Assembly: GCF_000009965.1 (NCBI RefSeq) | Contig: NC_006624.1 | Location: 1,680,001-1,712,000, forward strand | Length of the DNA: 32,000 nt | Reading direction: 5' to 3' | Source of the DNA: Thermococcus kodakarensis KOD1 | GTDB taxonomy: Archaea > Methanobacteriota_B > Thermococci > Thermococcales > Thermococcaceae | Shown here: piece after piece, positions 25,620 to 32,000 of the stretch | Layout of the letters: each line of letters starts with the position of its first letter | Position numbering within the stretch: the stretch's first letter is position 1 | The notes under the pieces: model-generated | Told to the model about the DNA's origin: nothing | Databases searched by the model: none | The model's input: only the letters and a program-made list of their open reading frames with translations | Translations under genes and position numbers: made by a program

Positions 25620-26348
25620 ATGGAGAACGGGAAGCCGGTCAAGCTCGTCCTGCCTGAGGTCAAGAACCCGATTCTCATAGAGGGCTACCCCGGGATAGGC
25701 CTCGTGGGTCATATAGCGGCGAACTTTCTGGCGAAGGAGCTGAAGATGGACATGATAGGCTACGTAGAAAGCCCGTTCTTGCCGCCGATGGCCCTGATCC
25801 TTGAGGGGAAGCCGAACCCGCCGCTGAGGTTCTACGGAAAGGACAACATCATAGTTGCGGTAGCGGACATCTACGTCCCACCCACGCTCGTCAACGAGAT
25901 AGCCAAGGAGCTTGTGAACTACCTGAGCGAGATGAAGGCCGAGAAGGTAATTTCGATGGGCGGCATAGGGATAGGCTTCTTCAAGGAGCAGCTTGAGGTC
26001 TGGGGCGTCGGTTCCAGAGATGAGCTCAACAAGGAGCTTGAGGAGAAGGGGGTTAAGATACTCCAGTACGGCTCGATAATGGGCATGAGCGGGAAGCTCC
26101 TCTGGGAAGCTAGCAGGAAGGGCCTGAACGCCTACGCGCTAATGGGTGAGACCTTCGGCGACAGGCCCGATCCGAGGGCAGCAGCAAACGTCCTGGAGGT
26201 AGTCAAGAAGCTCACCAGCCTCGACTTCAGCACTGAGCCTCTCCTCCAGGAGGCCAGGATGATAGAGGAGCAGCTGAGGAAGATGCACGAGCAGATGGAG
26301 CAGGCCAGACAGAGGGCCGAGAAGCAGTACGAGAGCCTGTACCTGTGA
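25620..26348 (+). CDS. PAC2-family proteasome assembly chaperone/activator homologue (PbaB-like)
   Basis: [19 protein letters not shown] is a PAC2/COG1938 N-terminal motif. A C-terminal coiled coil ends in ...SLYL, a hydrophobic-Tyr-X (HbYX) type terminus. A GGAGGTGAG RBS precedes ATG 25620. Confidence 0.85.
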   Translation: MENGKPVKLVLPEVKNPILIEGYPGIGLVGHIAANFLAKELKMDMIGYVESPFLPPMALILEGKPNPPLRFYGKDNIIVAVADIYVPPTLVNEIAKELVNYLSEMKAEKVISMGGIGIGFFKEQLEVWGVGSRDELNKELEEKGVKILQYGSIMGMSGKLLWEASRKGLNAYALMGETFGDRPDPRAAANVLEVVKKLTSLDFSTEPLLQEARMIEEQLRKMHEQMEQARQRAEKQYESLYL

Positions 26349-26352
26349 GGTG

Positions 26353-26742
26353 ATGGCCATGGAGGCAGTGCTGATAGCTGGAATCGCAAGGAGGCTCCTC
26401 GACGAGCTTTTGAGGAACCCCTACCGGACAATCGAGCTCAGAAGTGCCAGAAACGTCCTCGCAGTTGAGAGGGCTATGGAAGACTTAAGGAGGCTATTTC
26501 TGACGTACGAACCGTTTGAAGACGTTAGAACAGGAACAGAAGGGCTAATAACCGAGTTAATAGAGGCCAGAGAGCTCAACATGAGAGTTCCGTGGGAGGA
26601 GAGCGATGAGAGGGAGGTGACCGTCTGCAGGGCGAGGGTGAAGCTCCTCGGCCTCGGGAGGGTCGTGGAGATGGAGAGAAGAGACTCCATAACAGTAGTC
26701 AAGGTTAGGGAGATGCTCCCGCAGGAGATGCAGATCGGCTAA
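26353..26742 (+). CDS. Hypothetical protein (~128 aa)
   Basis: Intact ORF directly after the PAC2 stop (GAGGTG then ATG 26353; alternative ATG 26359). Its 3' end overlaps the nucS stop by 4 nt. No family recognised. Confidence 0.55.
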   Translation: MAMEAVLIAGIARRLLDELLRNPYRTIELRSARNVLAVERAMEDLRRLFLTYEPFEDVRTGTEGLITELIEARELNMRVPWEESDEREVTVCRARVKLLGLGRVVEMERRDSITVVKVREMLPQEMQIG

Positions 26743-27497
26743 AACAGTGTCTTCTGTCTGCCCTTCTTTTTGGAGTCTCTTTTAGGCGGTTCGAGCTTCC
26801 TGAACTCGAGGCCCTCCTTTTCCAGGAGTCTTTTTGCCCCAGAAGTGAGCGAGGGAGCAACGAGAATTCCACGGACTTTATCGCCGTACTCCTCTCTCAG
26901 AATCTCGACGTAGCTCTTGAGCTGTCTAACGGCATGGAGTTCCGCCCTCCTGCGCTTAAGCTCAAGGACAACTATATTCCCATCACTGTCCCTTCCAAGG
27001 ACATCAACGATTCCAGTTCCTATCGCCTTCTCCCTGAACAGCGGCTTGAAGCCAGGCTCTATGACCTCTGGATTTTCAAAGATAAGCTCCGCCATCTCGG
27101 CCTCGCTCCCCGTAAGGGCGAGCTCCTCGTAGTCCTCAGCTCGGAAGACGGAGACCATGTAGACCTCTTCGAGCTCGACCTCAAGGGTCTCCCTCGGCTT
27201 TCTCCTTATCGAGACGAGAACTGGGTTCTCCCTCAGCTCCAGCCTCACTCTGCTACCCGGTGGCTGCCAGTTCACGGGCTCGCGCTTCTTGCTCTGGTGG
27301 ATGAGAAAAGAGCCGTCGGGCTTGACTATGATGACCCTATCGCCGGAGCCGAGCTCGCTCTTTGCCCTTCCATCGTAGTGGACCTTACAGCGGGCAAAAA
27401 TCGTCAGCATGGCCTCTTCTAAGAGAGCTGAATTGACTAGCGAAACGAGTTCTTCGGTTGATGGCGACGTGATGACCGTTACCTTATCCTTGGACAT
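26739..27497 (-). CDS. nucS: Endonuclease NucS / EndoMS (mismatch-specific endonuclease)
   Basis: 252 aa. N-terminal beta-barrel region (CKVHYDGRAKSELGSGDRVIIVKPDGSFLIH) and a C-terminal PD-(D/E)xK core (IVDVLGRDSDGNIVVLELKRRRA). The terminal QKTLF is a PIP-like tail. It lies immediately downstream of radA. Confidence 0.9.
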   Translation of the reverse strand: MSKDKVTVITSPSTEELVSLVNSALLEEAMLTIFARCKVHYDGRAKSELGSGDRVIIVKPDGSFLIHQSKKREPVNWQPPGSRVRLELRENPVLVSIRRKPRETLEVELEEVYMVSVFRAEDYEELALTGSEAEMAELIFENPEVIEPGFKPLFREKAIGTGIVDVLGRDSDGNIVVLELKRRRAELHAVRQLKSYVEILREEYGDKVRGILVAPSLTSGAKRLLEKEGLEFRKLEPPKRDSKKKGRQKTLF

Positions 27498-27531
27498 GGG
27501 GATGGGTAAAAGAAGAGGGTATTTAAAGCCT

Positions 27532-30042
27532 TCAGTCCTCGACTCCCTTCTCGGTTATCCTGAAGACCGCCTCCCCCTCGGGAAGGTGCGGGCTGTCTAT
27601 CAGGCGAGCGACCCTCTTTCCGGCCTTGCCCTTACGGAGATAGACCCTGAGAGTGGCGCTGTGGGCTAGGATGTGGCCGCCGACAGGCCTCGTAGGATCA
27701 CCGAAGAAGGCATCCGGTTTCGCCTGAACCTGGTTGGTTACAAAGACCGCTATGTCGTAGAGGTCTGCCAATCTGTGGAGGTCGGCGAGGTGCTTGGCGA
27801 GCTTCTGCTGCCTCTCAGCCAACGTGCCTCTTCCCACGTACTCGGCACGGAAGTGCGCCATGAGTGAATCCACGACGAGAAGTTTTACAGGCCTGTCGCT
27901 CTCAGCCTTCTCCTTGATTATCTCCTCGGCCTTCTCGACGAGGAGCATCTGGTGGTTGCTGTTGAACGCCCTCGCAACGTAGATGTTCTTGAGGGTCTCC
28001 TCAGGATCGAGGCCGCGGTTTTCGGCGATCTGCTTTATCCTCTCAGGCCTGAAGGTGTTCTCAGTGTCAATCCAGATGACGGAACCGCCGAGACCACCTT
28101 CCTCGGGCGGCTTCTGAACCATGACAGCAAGTGTGTGGGCGAGCTGGGTGTTGTGGAGCACGAGACCGTTCGGTGCGATGAAGTTGTGGGTCTCTGGAAT
28201 GACCAGATCGTAGACCCAGTCGTTGTAGTCAACGACCTCAACGGACGAGACTTCGTGGAACTCCAGCCTTCTCGCGAGCTCTATCGTTTCTAGGGCAAGC
28301 TTTGCAACTCCCTCCAACCTCTCAATCTCCTTGAGGAGCGCTGAAACAACTTTCTCCTTCAGCTCGGGCCTCTTTGGAAGTCCTCTCGTCCGGTAGTTCG
28401 CCACCTGCCTGTCTGTAAAGCCGTACTTCGTGATGGCCGTCCACGGGAACGGGAGCTCGGGTTTATCGCCCATTTCCAGTGCCTTTCTGGCCTCGGAAAG
28501 CTTCTCAAGGGCTTCCCTAAAGTATTCTTCTATCCTGGAGAGAGTCTTCTCGGTGAACCACACATTCCTGCTTCTCGTGAGTATGTGGTAAGCCGTCTCA
28601 TTGTCCCTCTTAGGCAGTCTGAACTCCGAGTAGAGCTTTCCAAGGAACTTGCCCAGGGCGGGTGGATACCTGCCAACGCCGCCCTCGTTCATCTCGCCCG
28701 GCTTTATGCGGCTCTTCTCAAGGACTTTCTCGAAGGTCTTCCTGTCTTCACCCGTTATGTAGATGCGGTAGTAAACGCTTCCCTCGATTGTTTTCTGAGA
28801 GATCCTCGGAGTTATTCCAAGCCTCTTAAGTAGGAAGACAAGTCCATCGGCGAGCTCACGGCTCTTTGTGACCAGCTCAACTATTGACTCGGTTAAATAG
28901 CCATCCCCATCCAAGTATCCAGCCAGAAACGCCGCGATGGCAGATTCTCCAGCGTTCAGCACTCTCTCGGGAACGACTTTCGTTGATGCGTTTGACGTGG
29001 CAAGCTCACCGAGCCACTCGGCGGTCTTCTTTCTAAAGAGTATCCTGTAGAGACCGCGTCTTACCTCAACCGTCGGAGTGTAGCCGTCGTGATCTTCGAT
29101 AAAAGAAACTATGAAGTCCTTAAGCTCCTCGGATCCTGTTGTTATGGAGAGCGGGTTCGAAGTACCCTCGGCAACGAACAGGCCGAGGAAGTAAGCCTCG
29201 GACTCCTCAATGGTAGCTGCGTTAGCAGGAACGCTTCTTATGCCAACGATCAGGTCACCCGGCTTGATCATGCCAGCTGGAACCCACTGGAGCCCGTTCC
29301 TGAAGACGAGAACCGGATGCAGTAGCGTGATCCTGAGGAGATATCCATTGGAAAGCCTTATCTCGGCAAGCTTCTCGACCTTTTCACGGTATATGTAAGA
29401 GGCCTTCGTCCTCTTTACCTCACCTGTTTTAGGGTCAAATGTGTAAACCGAGACCGTTTCCAGTGGAACCGCGTAGCCGTTGTCGAATGGAACCTCTCTT
29501 CCGAGGGATGCGTATTTGTGATACATATCCTCGATGGACTCAAAGTGAACTAGCGTATCGTTCTCGTAGTAGACCTTGGTGTCCTTTGCGAAGCACTTTC
29601 CACTGCCGAACTCACCGAATACCTCCGTGATGGCCTGCGTCTCAATGCCGCCGCCCAGGAGCTTGTCGAGGGCTTTGCTTCCAGTGGAAATCTTGCCTAT
29701 TGTGGTTCTCCTCTTCATGTACTCGTCGGCGCGCATGAAGGTTCCAATGTTAGCTGCCTCTCTTGCGGCCTGGATGATCTTGAGTGCGGCACCTTCGCTT
29801 ATCCCCGCTATCTCCTTAAGCTCCAGCGGCGAGGCAACCGCTATTGCCTCTATCGTGTCGTAACCAGCCTCGCGAAGCTTTTCAGCGGTGGCAGGACCAA
29901 CGCCAGGGAGATCCTCAAGAGCGGAGATTTTTTTCTCTGGCTTTGACTGCTTATCCGACGATGAAAGTGACTCTTCAACATCGAGCTCTTCAAACTCCTC
30001 AAGCTCTTTGACTTCATCTTCAACCTTCTTTTTGCGGGCCAT
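27532..30042 (-). CDS. radA: DNA repair and recombination protein RadA, interrupted by one intein
   Basis: HhH N-terminal domain ([27 protein letters not shown]). Walker A is split as GEFGSGK|C...HN|TQLAH. Walker B is KLLVVDS. The C-terminal RecA fold is intact. Exteins total ~354 aa. ATG 30042 was chosen after GGGTGATGATG. Confidence 0.95.
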   Translation of the reverse strand: MARKKKVEDEVKELEEFEELDVEESLSSSDKQSKPEKKISALEDLPGVGPATAEKLREAGYDTIEAIAVASPLELKEIAGISEGAALKIIQAAREAANIGTFMRADEYMKRRTTIGKISTGSKALDKLLGGGIETQAITEVFGEFGSGKCFAKDTKVYYENDTLVHFESIEDMYHKYASLGREVPFDNGYAVPLETVSVYTFDPKTGEVKRTKASYIYREKVEKLAEIRLSNGYLLRITLLHPVLVFRNGLQWVPAGMIKPGDLIVGIRSVPANAATIEESEAYFLGLFVAEGTSNPLSITTGSEELKDFIVSFIEDHDGYTPTVEVRRGLYRILFRKKTAEWLGELATSNASTKVVPERVLNAGESAIAAFLAGYLDGDGYLTESIVELVTKSRELADGLVFLLKRLGITPRISQKTIEGSVYYRIYITGEDRKTFEKVLEKSRIKPGEMNEGGVGRYPPALGKFLGKLYSEFRLPKRDNETAYHILTRSRNVWFTEKTLSRIEEYFREALEKLSEARKALEMGDKPELPFPWTAITKYGFTDRQVANYRTRGLPKRPELKEKVVSALLKEIERLEGVAKLALETIELARRLEFHEVSSVEVVDYNDWVYDLVIPETHNFIAPNGLVLHNTQLAHTLAVMVQKPPEEGGLGGSVIWIDTENTFRPERIKQIAENRGLDPEETLKNIYVARAFNSNHQMLLVEKAEEIIKEKAESDRPVKLLVVDSLMAHFRAEYVGRGTLAERQQKLAKHLADLHRLADLYDIAVFVTNQVQAKPDAFFGDPTRPVGGHILAHSATLRVYLRKGKAGKRVARLIDSPHLPEGEAVFRITEKGVED
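28150..29595 (-). mobile_element. RadA P-loop intein (482 aa) with LAGLIDADG homing-endonuclease domain
   Basis: It begins with Cys (CFAKDTKV, codon 29595-29593) and ends with HN (codon for N at 28152-28150), followed by the +1 Thr. The two LAGLIDADG blocks are [11 protein letters not shown] and [12 protein letters not shown]. Length is exactly 1446 nt, in frame. Confidence 0.9.
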
Positions 30043-30218
30043 CATCATCACCCAATACCTTTGATGTGGGTAAAACATGGGGAGGTTATATACTTTATGT
30101 CCCTCAGGGACTTGGCAATGAAACTTTTAAGAATTTCGTCCGATTCTAGAATCAAACTGTAAAAGACCCATATTTTACAATAGCAGCCAGGAAAGAATAT
30201 TAAACAGAAAATAAGGGA

Positions 30219-31250
30219 TTAAATGCCGTTATCCCCAACCTCCCGAAGGACTATGAGCTTTGAACCCTCTGGAACCGGGGAGTCAAGCCTTGGAACGAGC
30301 ACTGGGCGGTTGGTGTAGTAACCCATCACGTACAAATTATACTTCCTCTGAACCAGCTCAAGCGCTTCCGAGTACTTCACACCCCAGACTTCTGGGAGTT
30401 CAACCACGGTGATGTCGTACCCTCCAAGGGAGCTTGTTATGTCGTCAATGACGTCCACAACTTCAGGCTCGATGACGGCGCTGGCGAGCAGCCTACCCGC
30501 TAGACCTCTGCTGAGGATAACCCTGTCGGCCCCAGCCTGTTTCAACAGGTCTATGCTGTCCGCGCTCAGGGCTTCCACGAACACCTTTGCACCGGAAATG
30601 CTCTTGACACGGAGGGTCACGAAGACCGACTTCGAGTCATCGTCGAGAGCCAGAACAACATGGGAAGCACTCTCGACCCGGGCCCTTTCGAGTGTCTCCT
30701 TATTGATGGGGTCACCTATAAGAACCTCGACTTCCTCTGGAAGCTCAACCTTCCTGCGCTCTTCTTCGTTAGGGAATACCACAACAACTGGCCTGTGGGG
30801 AACCTCTCCTCGGCCCATCGCAGAGAGTATCTCGTCCACAAAGCTGGCCACGCTACTACCCTGCCCGATTACAACGTAATGTCCCGAGTACCCAACACGG
30901 TGCATGCCCATCATCCTCCTAAGTGAGGAAGAAATTAGGAATTCAGCCAGAAGGGAAACGAGGGCCGTAAAAGTAGAGATGCCCGCGACCGCCGCAACCA
31001 TAGCAACTATTCTTCCCGCCTCCGTCTGAGGGGTTATATCACCGTAACCTATCGTCGCCATGGTTATTACGGCCCAGTAGAAGGCAGTGAAGAAGTCCAG
31101 CCCTTCAAAGTACGCAAACAGTCCGGCAAAGACTAAGGAGAGAACTATCACAGCAGCACCTATCTGTAGGAGCTTGCTCCGCCTCACCCGATATCTAATC
31201 TTAACAAGCCTGCGGATTACAGTTATCGGTATCATCGTTGTGGTGTGCAT
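30219..31250 (-). CDS. Potassium channel with C-terminal RCK/TrkA-N domain (MthK-like)
   Basis: Two TM segments plus a pore loop carrying the selectivity filter TIGYGD. The RCK Rossmann motif is VVIGQGSSVASFV. An alternative start at Met6 (31235) would fit a TATA-like TTTTTAAC at ~31262. Confidence 0.85.
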   Translation of the reverse strand: MHTTTMIPITVIRRLVKIRYRVRRSKLLQIGAAVIVLSLVFAGLFAYFEGLDFFTAFYWAVITMATIGYGDITPQTEAGRIVAMVAAVAGISTFTALVSLLAEFLISSSLRRMMGMHRVGYSGHYVVIGQGSSVASFVDEILSAMGRGEVPHRPVVVVFPNEEERRKVELPEEVEVLIGDPINKETLERARVESASHVVLALDDDSKSVFVTLRVKSISGAKVFVEALSADSIDLLKQAGADRVILSRGLAGRLLASAVIEPEVVDVIDDITSSLGGYDITVVELPEVWGVKYSEALELVQRKYNLYVMGYYTNRPVLVPRLDSPVPEGSKLIVLREVGDNGI

Positions 31251-31323
31251 GCAAGGGGTTAAAAACGTTGGGACGTGGTTAAGTGAACTTTAATGAACAT
31301 AAGAATACCACTAGGCACAAGTT

Positions 31324-31344
31324 TTCCAGTGGAAACGGAACTCT
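31324..31344 (+). repeat. ORB box a (no G-string): TTCCAGTGGAAACGGAACTCT
   Basis: Dyad TTCCAGTGGAA plus the AC..GAACTCT extension. It forms an 18/21 inverted repeat with 31373-31393. Confidence 0.75.
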
Positions 31345-31366
31345 TTTTCGATACTCATCGAAAAGA

Positions 31367-31393
31367 CCCCCCAGAGTTTTATTTCCACTGGAA
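31367..31393 (-). repeat. ORB box b (full, with G-string): TTCCAGTGGAAATAAAACTCTGGGGGG on the minus strand
   Basis: The reverse complement of 31367-31393 gives dyad + AAACTCT + G6, matching the archaeal ORB architecture. Confidence 0.8.
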
Positions 31394-31399
31394 CCAACT

Positions 31400-31645
31400 T
31401 TCGGAGAATGGATGGATTTGATGGCTTTAAACAACAGAAAGGGTATTTTTAAAGCGTCTGTGTCAATGTAAATATGATTTTGTTCATTTAAACTTTGTTC
31501 TTTCAGTATTTTTTCAATCTTACATCTTAATACCCGCTAATTATTGAACATTGTTTATGGAAAATTATAAATACATGATGGGAAAGAAAAAGCGGGAGTG
31601 TTTGCACCAAAATTCGATATTGAAAATGGGTGTAGCAACGAAAGC
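31400..31645. other. AT-rich candidate duplex-unwinding element (DUE)
   Basis: It lies between the inverted ORB boxes b and c, whose dyad ends face it. It contains long A/T tracts (e.g. TATTTTTAAAG, TTCAGTATTTTTTCAATC, AAAATTATAAATAC). Confidence 0.65.
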
Positions 31646-31648
31646 TGC

Positions 31649-31674
31649 CTCCACTGGAAACAGAACTCTGGGGG
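31649..31674 (+). repeat. ORB box c (full, with G-string): CTCCACTGGAAACAGAACTCTGGGGG
   Basis: Dyad + AAAC..GAACTCT + G5 on the plus strand, in inverted orientation relative to box b. Confidence 0.8.
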
Positions 31675-31784
31675 ACTACAAAATTGTTTATTTTTTGAGA
31701 TTGCGAAAACAAAGATGTTTTCTAAAAATGATCCCTTTTGTCCATCATTGTTCGTGTTTTCATGTATATCCCTGTTCATTCCTC

Positions 31785-31797
31785 TTTCAGTGGAAAT
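31785..31797 (+). repeat. Degenerate mini-ORB TTTCAGTGGAAAT
   Basis: One mismatch to the dyad core. Weaker copies lie at 31913-31926 (TTCGAGTGGAATTC) and 31985-31994 (TTCCAGTGTA). Confidence 0.5.
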
Positions 31798-32000
31798 AGG
31801 CACACCTACCGATGTTTTGTTTGTCTAATGCAAACTTGTATGTGCATCCCTGATCATTGCTTGCTTCGCGTTTCCTCTGGAGAGGTCTTTTTGCACAGGT
31901 TAGAACTGGAACTTCGAGTGGAATTCTTTGACAGCTCCATGTTCAACAATCCATATAAACCAGCGGCCTACACATAGGTATGCCTTCCAGTGTATCCGCT

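Larger units (their letters stand above)
31310..32000. other. Chromosomal replication origin (oriC), truncated by window end
   Basis: There is no credible ORF. Three long ORB boxes and several degenerate mini-ORBs are present, around a ~255-bp AT-rich core (27.5% G+C in 31441-31560 by hand count). The position beside radA is as in Thermococcales. Confidence 0.8.

Noticed and set aside
25503-25678. Mutually overlapping 5' extensions of the mtnP ORF (to 25678) and the PAC2 ORF (from 25503)
   Set aside because: Both extensions cover the shared divergent promoter. The conserved N-termini ([11 protein letters not shown]; [13 protein letters not shown]...) begin at 25504 and 25620, each with its own GGTG RBS.
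30043-30078. 12-codon extension at the radA start ([12 protein letters not shown])
   Set aside because: A GGGTGATGATGATG RBS/start cluster and a TATA at ~30088-30099 favour the MARKKK start. The extension would begin upstream of the likely transcription start.
31283-31977. Six short track ORFs (61-82 aa) in the terminal AT-rich region
   Set aside because: They lack RBSs, overlap each other on both strands, have low-complexity AT-driven composition, and lie over the ORB boxes and DUE of the putative origin.
1-32000. Search for tRNA, rRNA, CRISPR repeats, IS elements and transposases
   Set aside because: I saw no T-arm or anticodon-stem-like GC-rich cloverleaf segments in intergenic DNA, no regularly spaced ~30-nt repeats, and no transposase or integrase ORFs. 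The visual scan is not exhaustive, so tRNAscan/Infernal should confirm.

Overview
This is a chromosomal segment of a Thermococcus-type hyperthermophilic euryarchaeon. The evidence is GGTG-type ribosome-binding sites, BRE/TATA promoters, and signature genes: a secreted Thermococcus/Pyrococcus GH13 alpha-amylase, NucS/EndoMS and an NDP-forming acyl-CoA synthetase. About 33 tightly packed protein genes are supported.

Gene order:
- 3' end of the pst operon (pstB plus two phoU paralogues).
- Housekeeping and surface genes: FAH-family hydrolase, lipoprotein metallopeptidase, trpS, EamA transporter, Arch_ATPase/DUF234 ATPase, MBL hydrolase, acyl-CoA synthetase alpha, an ArsR-DUF211-ArsR operon, alpha-amylase, nnr, macro-domain protein, mtaD.
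- A replication/repair block: mtnP, PAC2/PbaB-like chaperone, a small hypothetical, nucS, radA, and an RCK K+ channel. radA is interrupted in its P-loop by a 482-aa LAGLIDADG intein.
- A final ~700 bp that is AT-rich and non-coding.

I read that final stretch as the chromosomal replication origin. It has ORB boxes in inverted orientation around an AT-rich unwinding element. orc1/cdc6 is expected just past the window end.

Observations most worth a second look:
1. The ORB core dyad TTCCA(G/C)TGGAA recurs far from the origin, including two identical 21-mers inside promoter regions.
2. A glycerate-kinase fragment is fused to a lipoprotein signal peptide, next to an AT-rich mini-gene.
3. A large protein combines a Zn-finger region, one TM helix and a transglutaminase-like domain.
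4. An ArsR-DUF211-ArsR operon has palindromes over both divergent TATA boxes.
5. A low-GC uncharacterised gene sits beside a PD-(D/E)xK-tailed ATPase.

I saw no rRNA, tRNA, CRISPR array or IS element. All scanning was by eye, so the motif lists may be incomplete.
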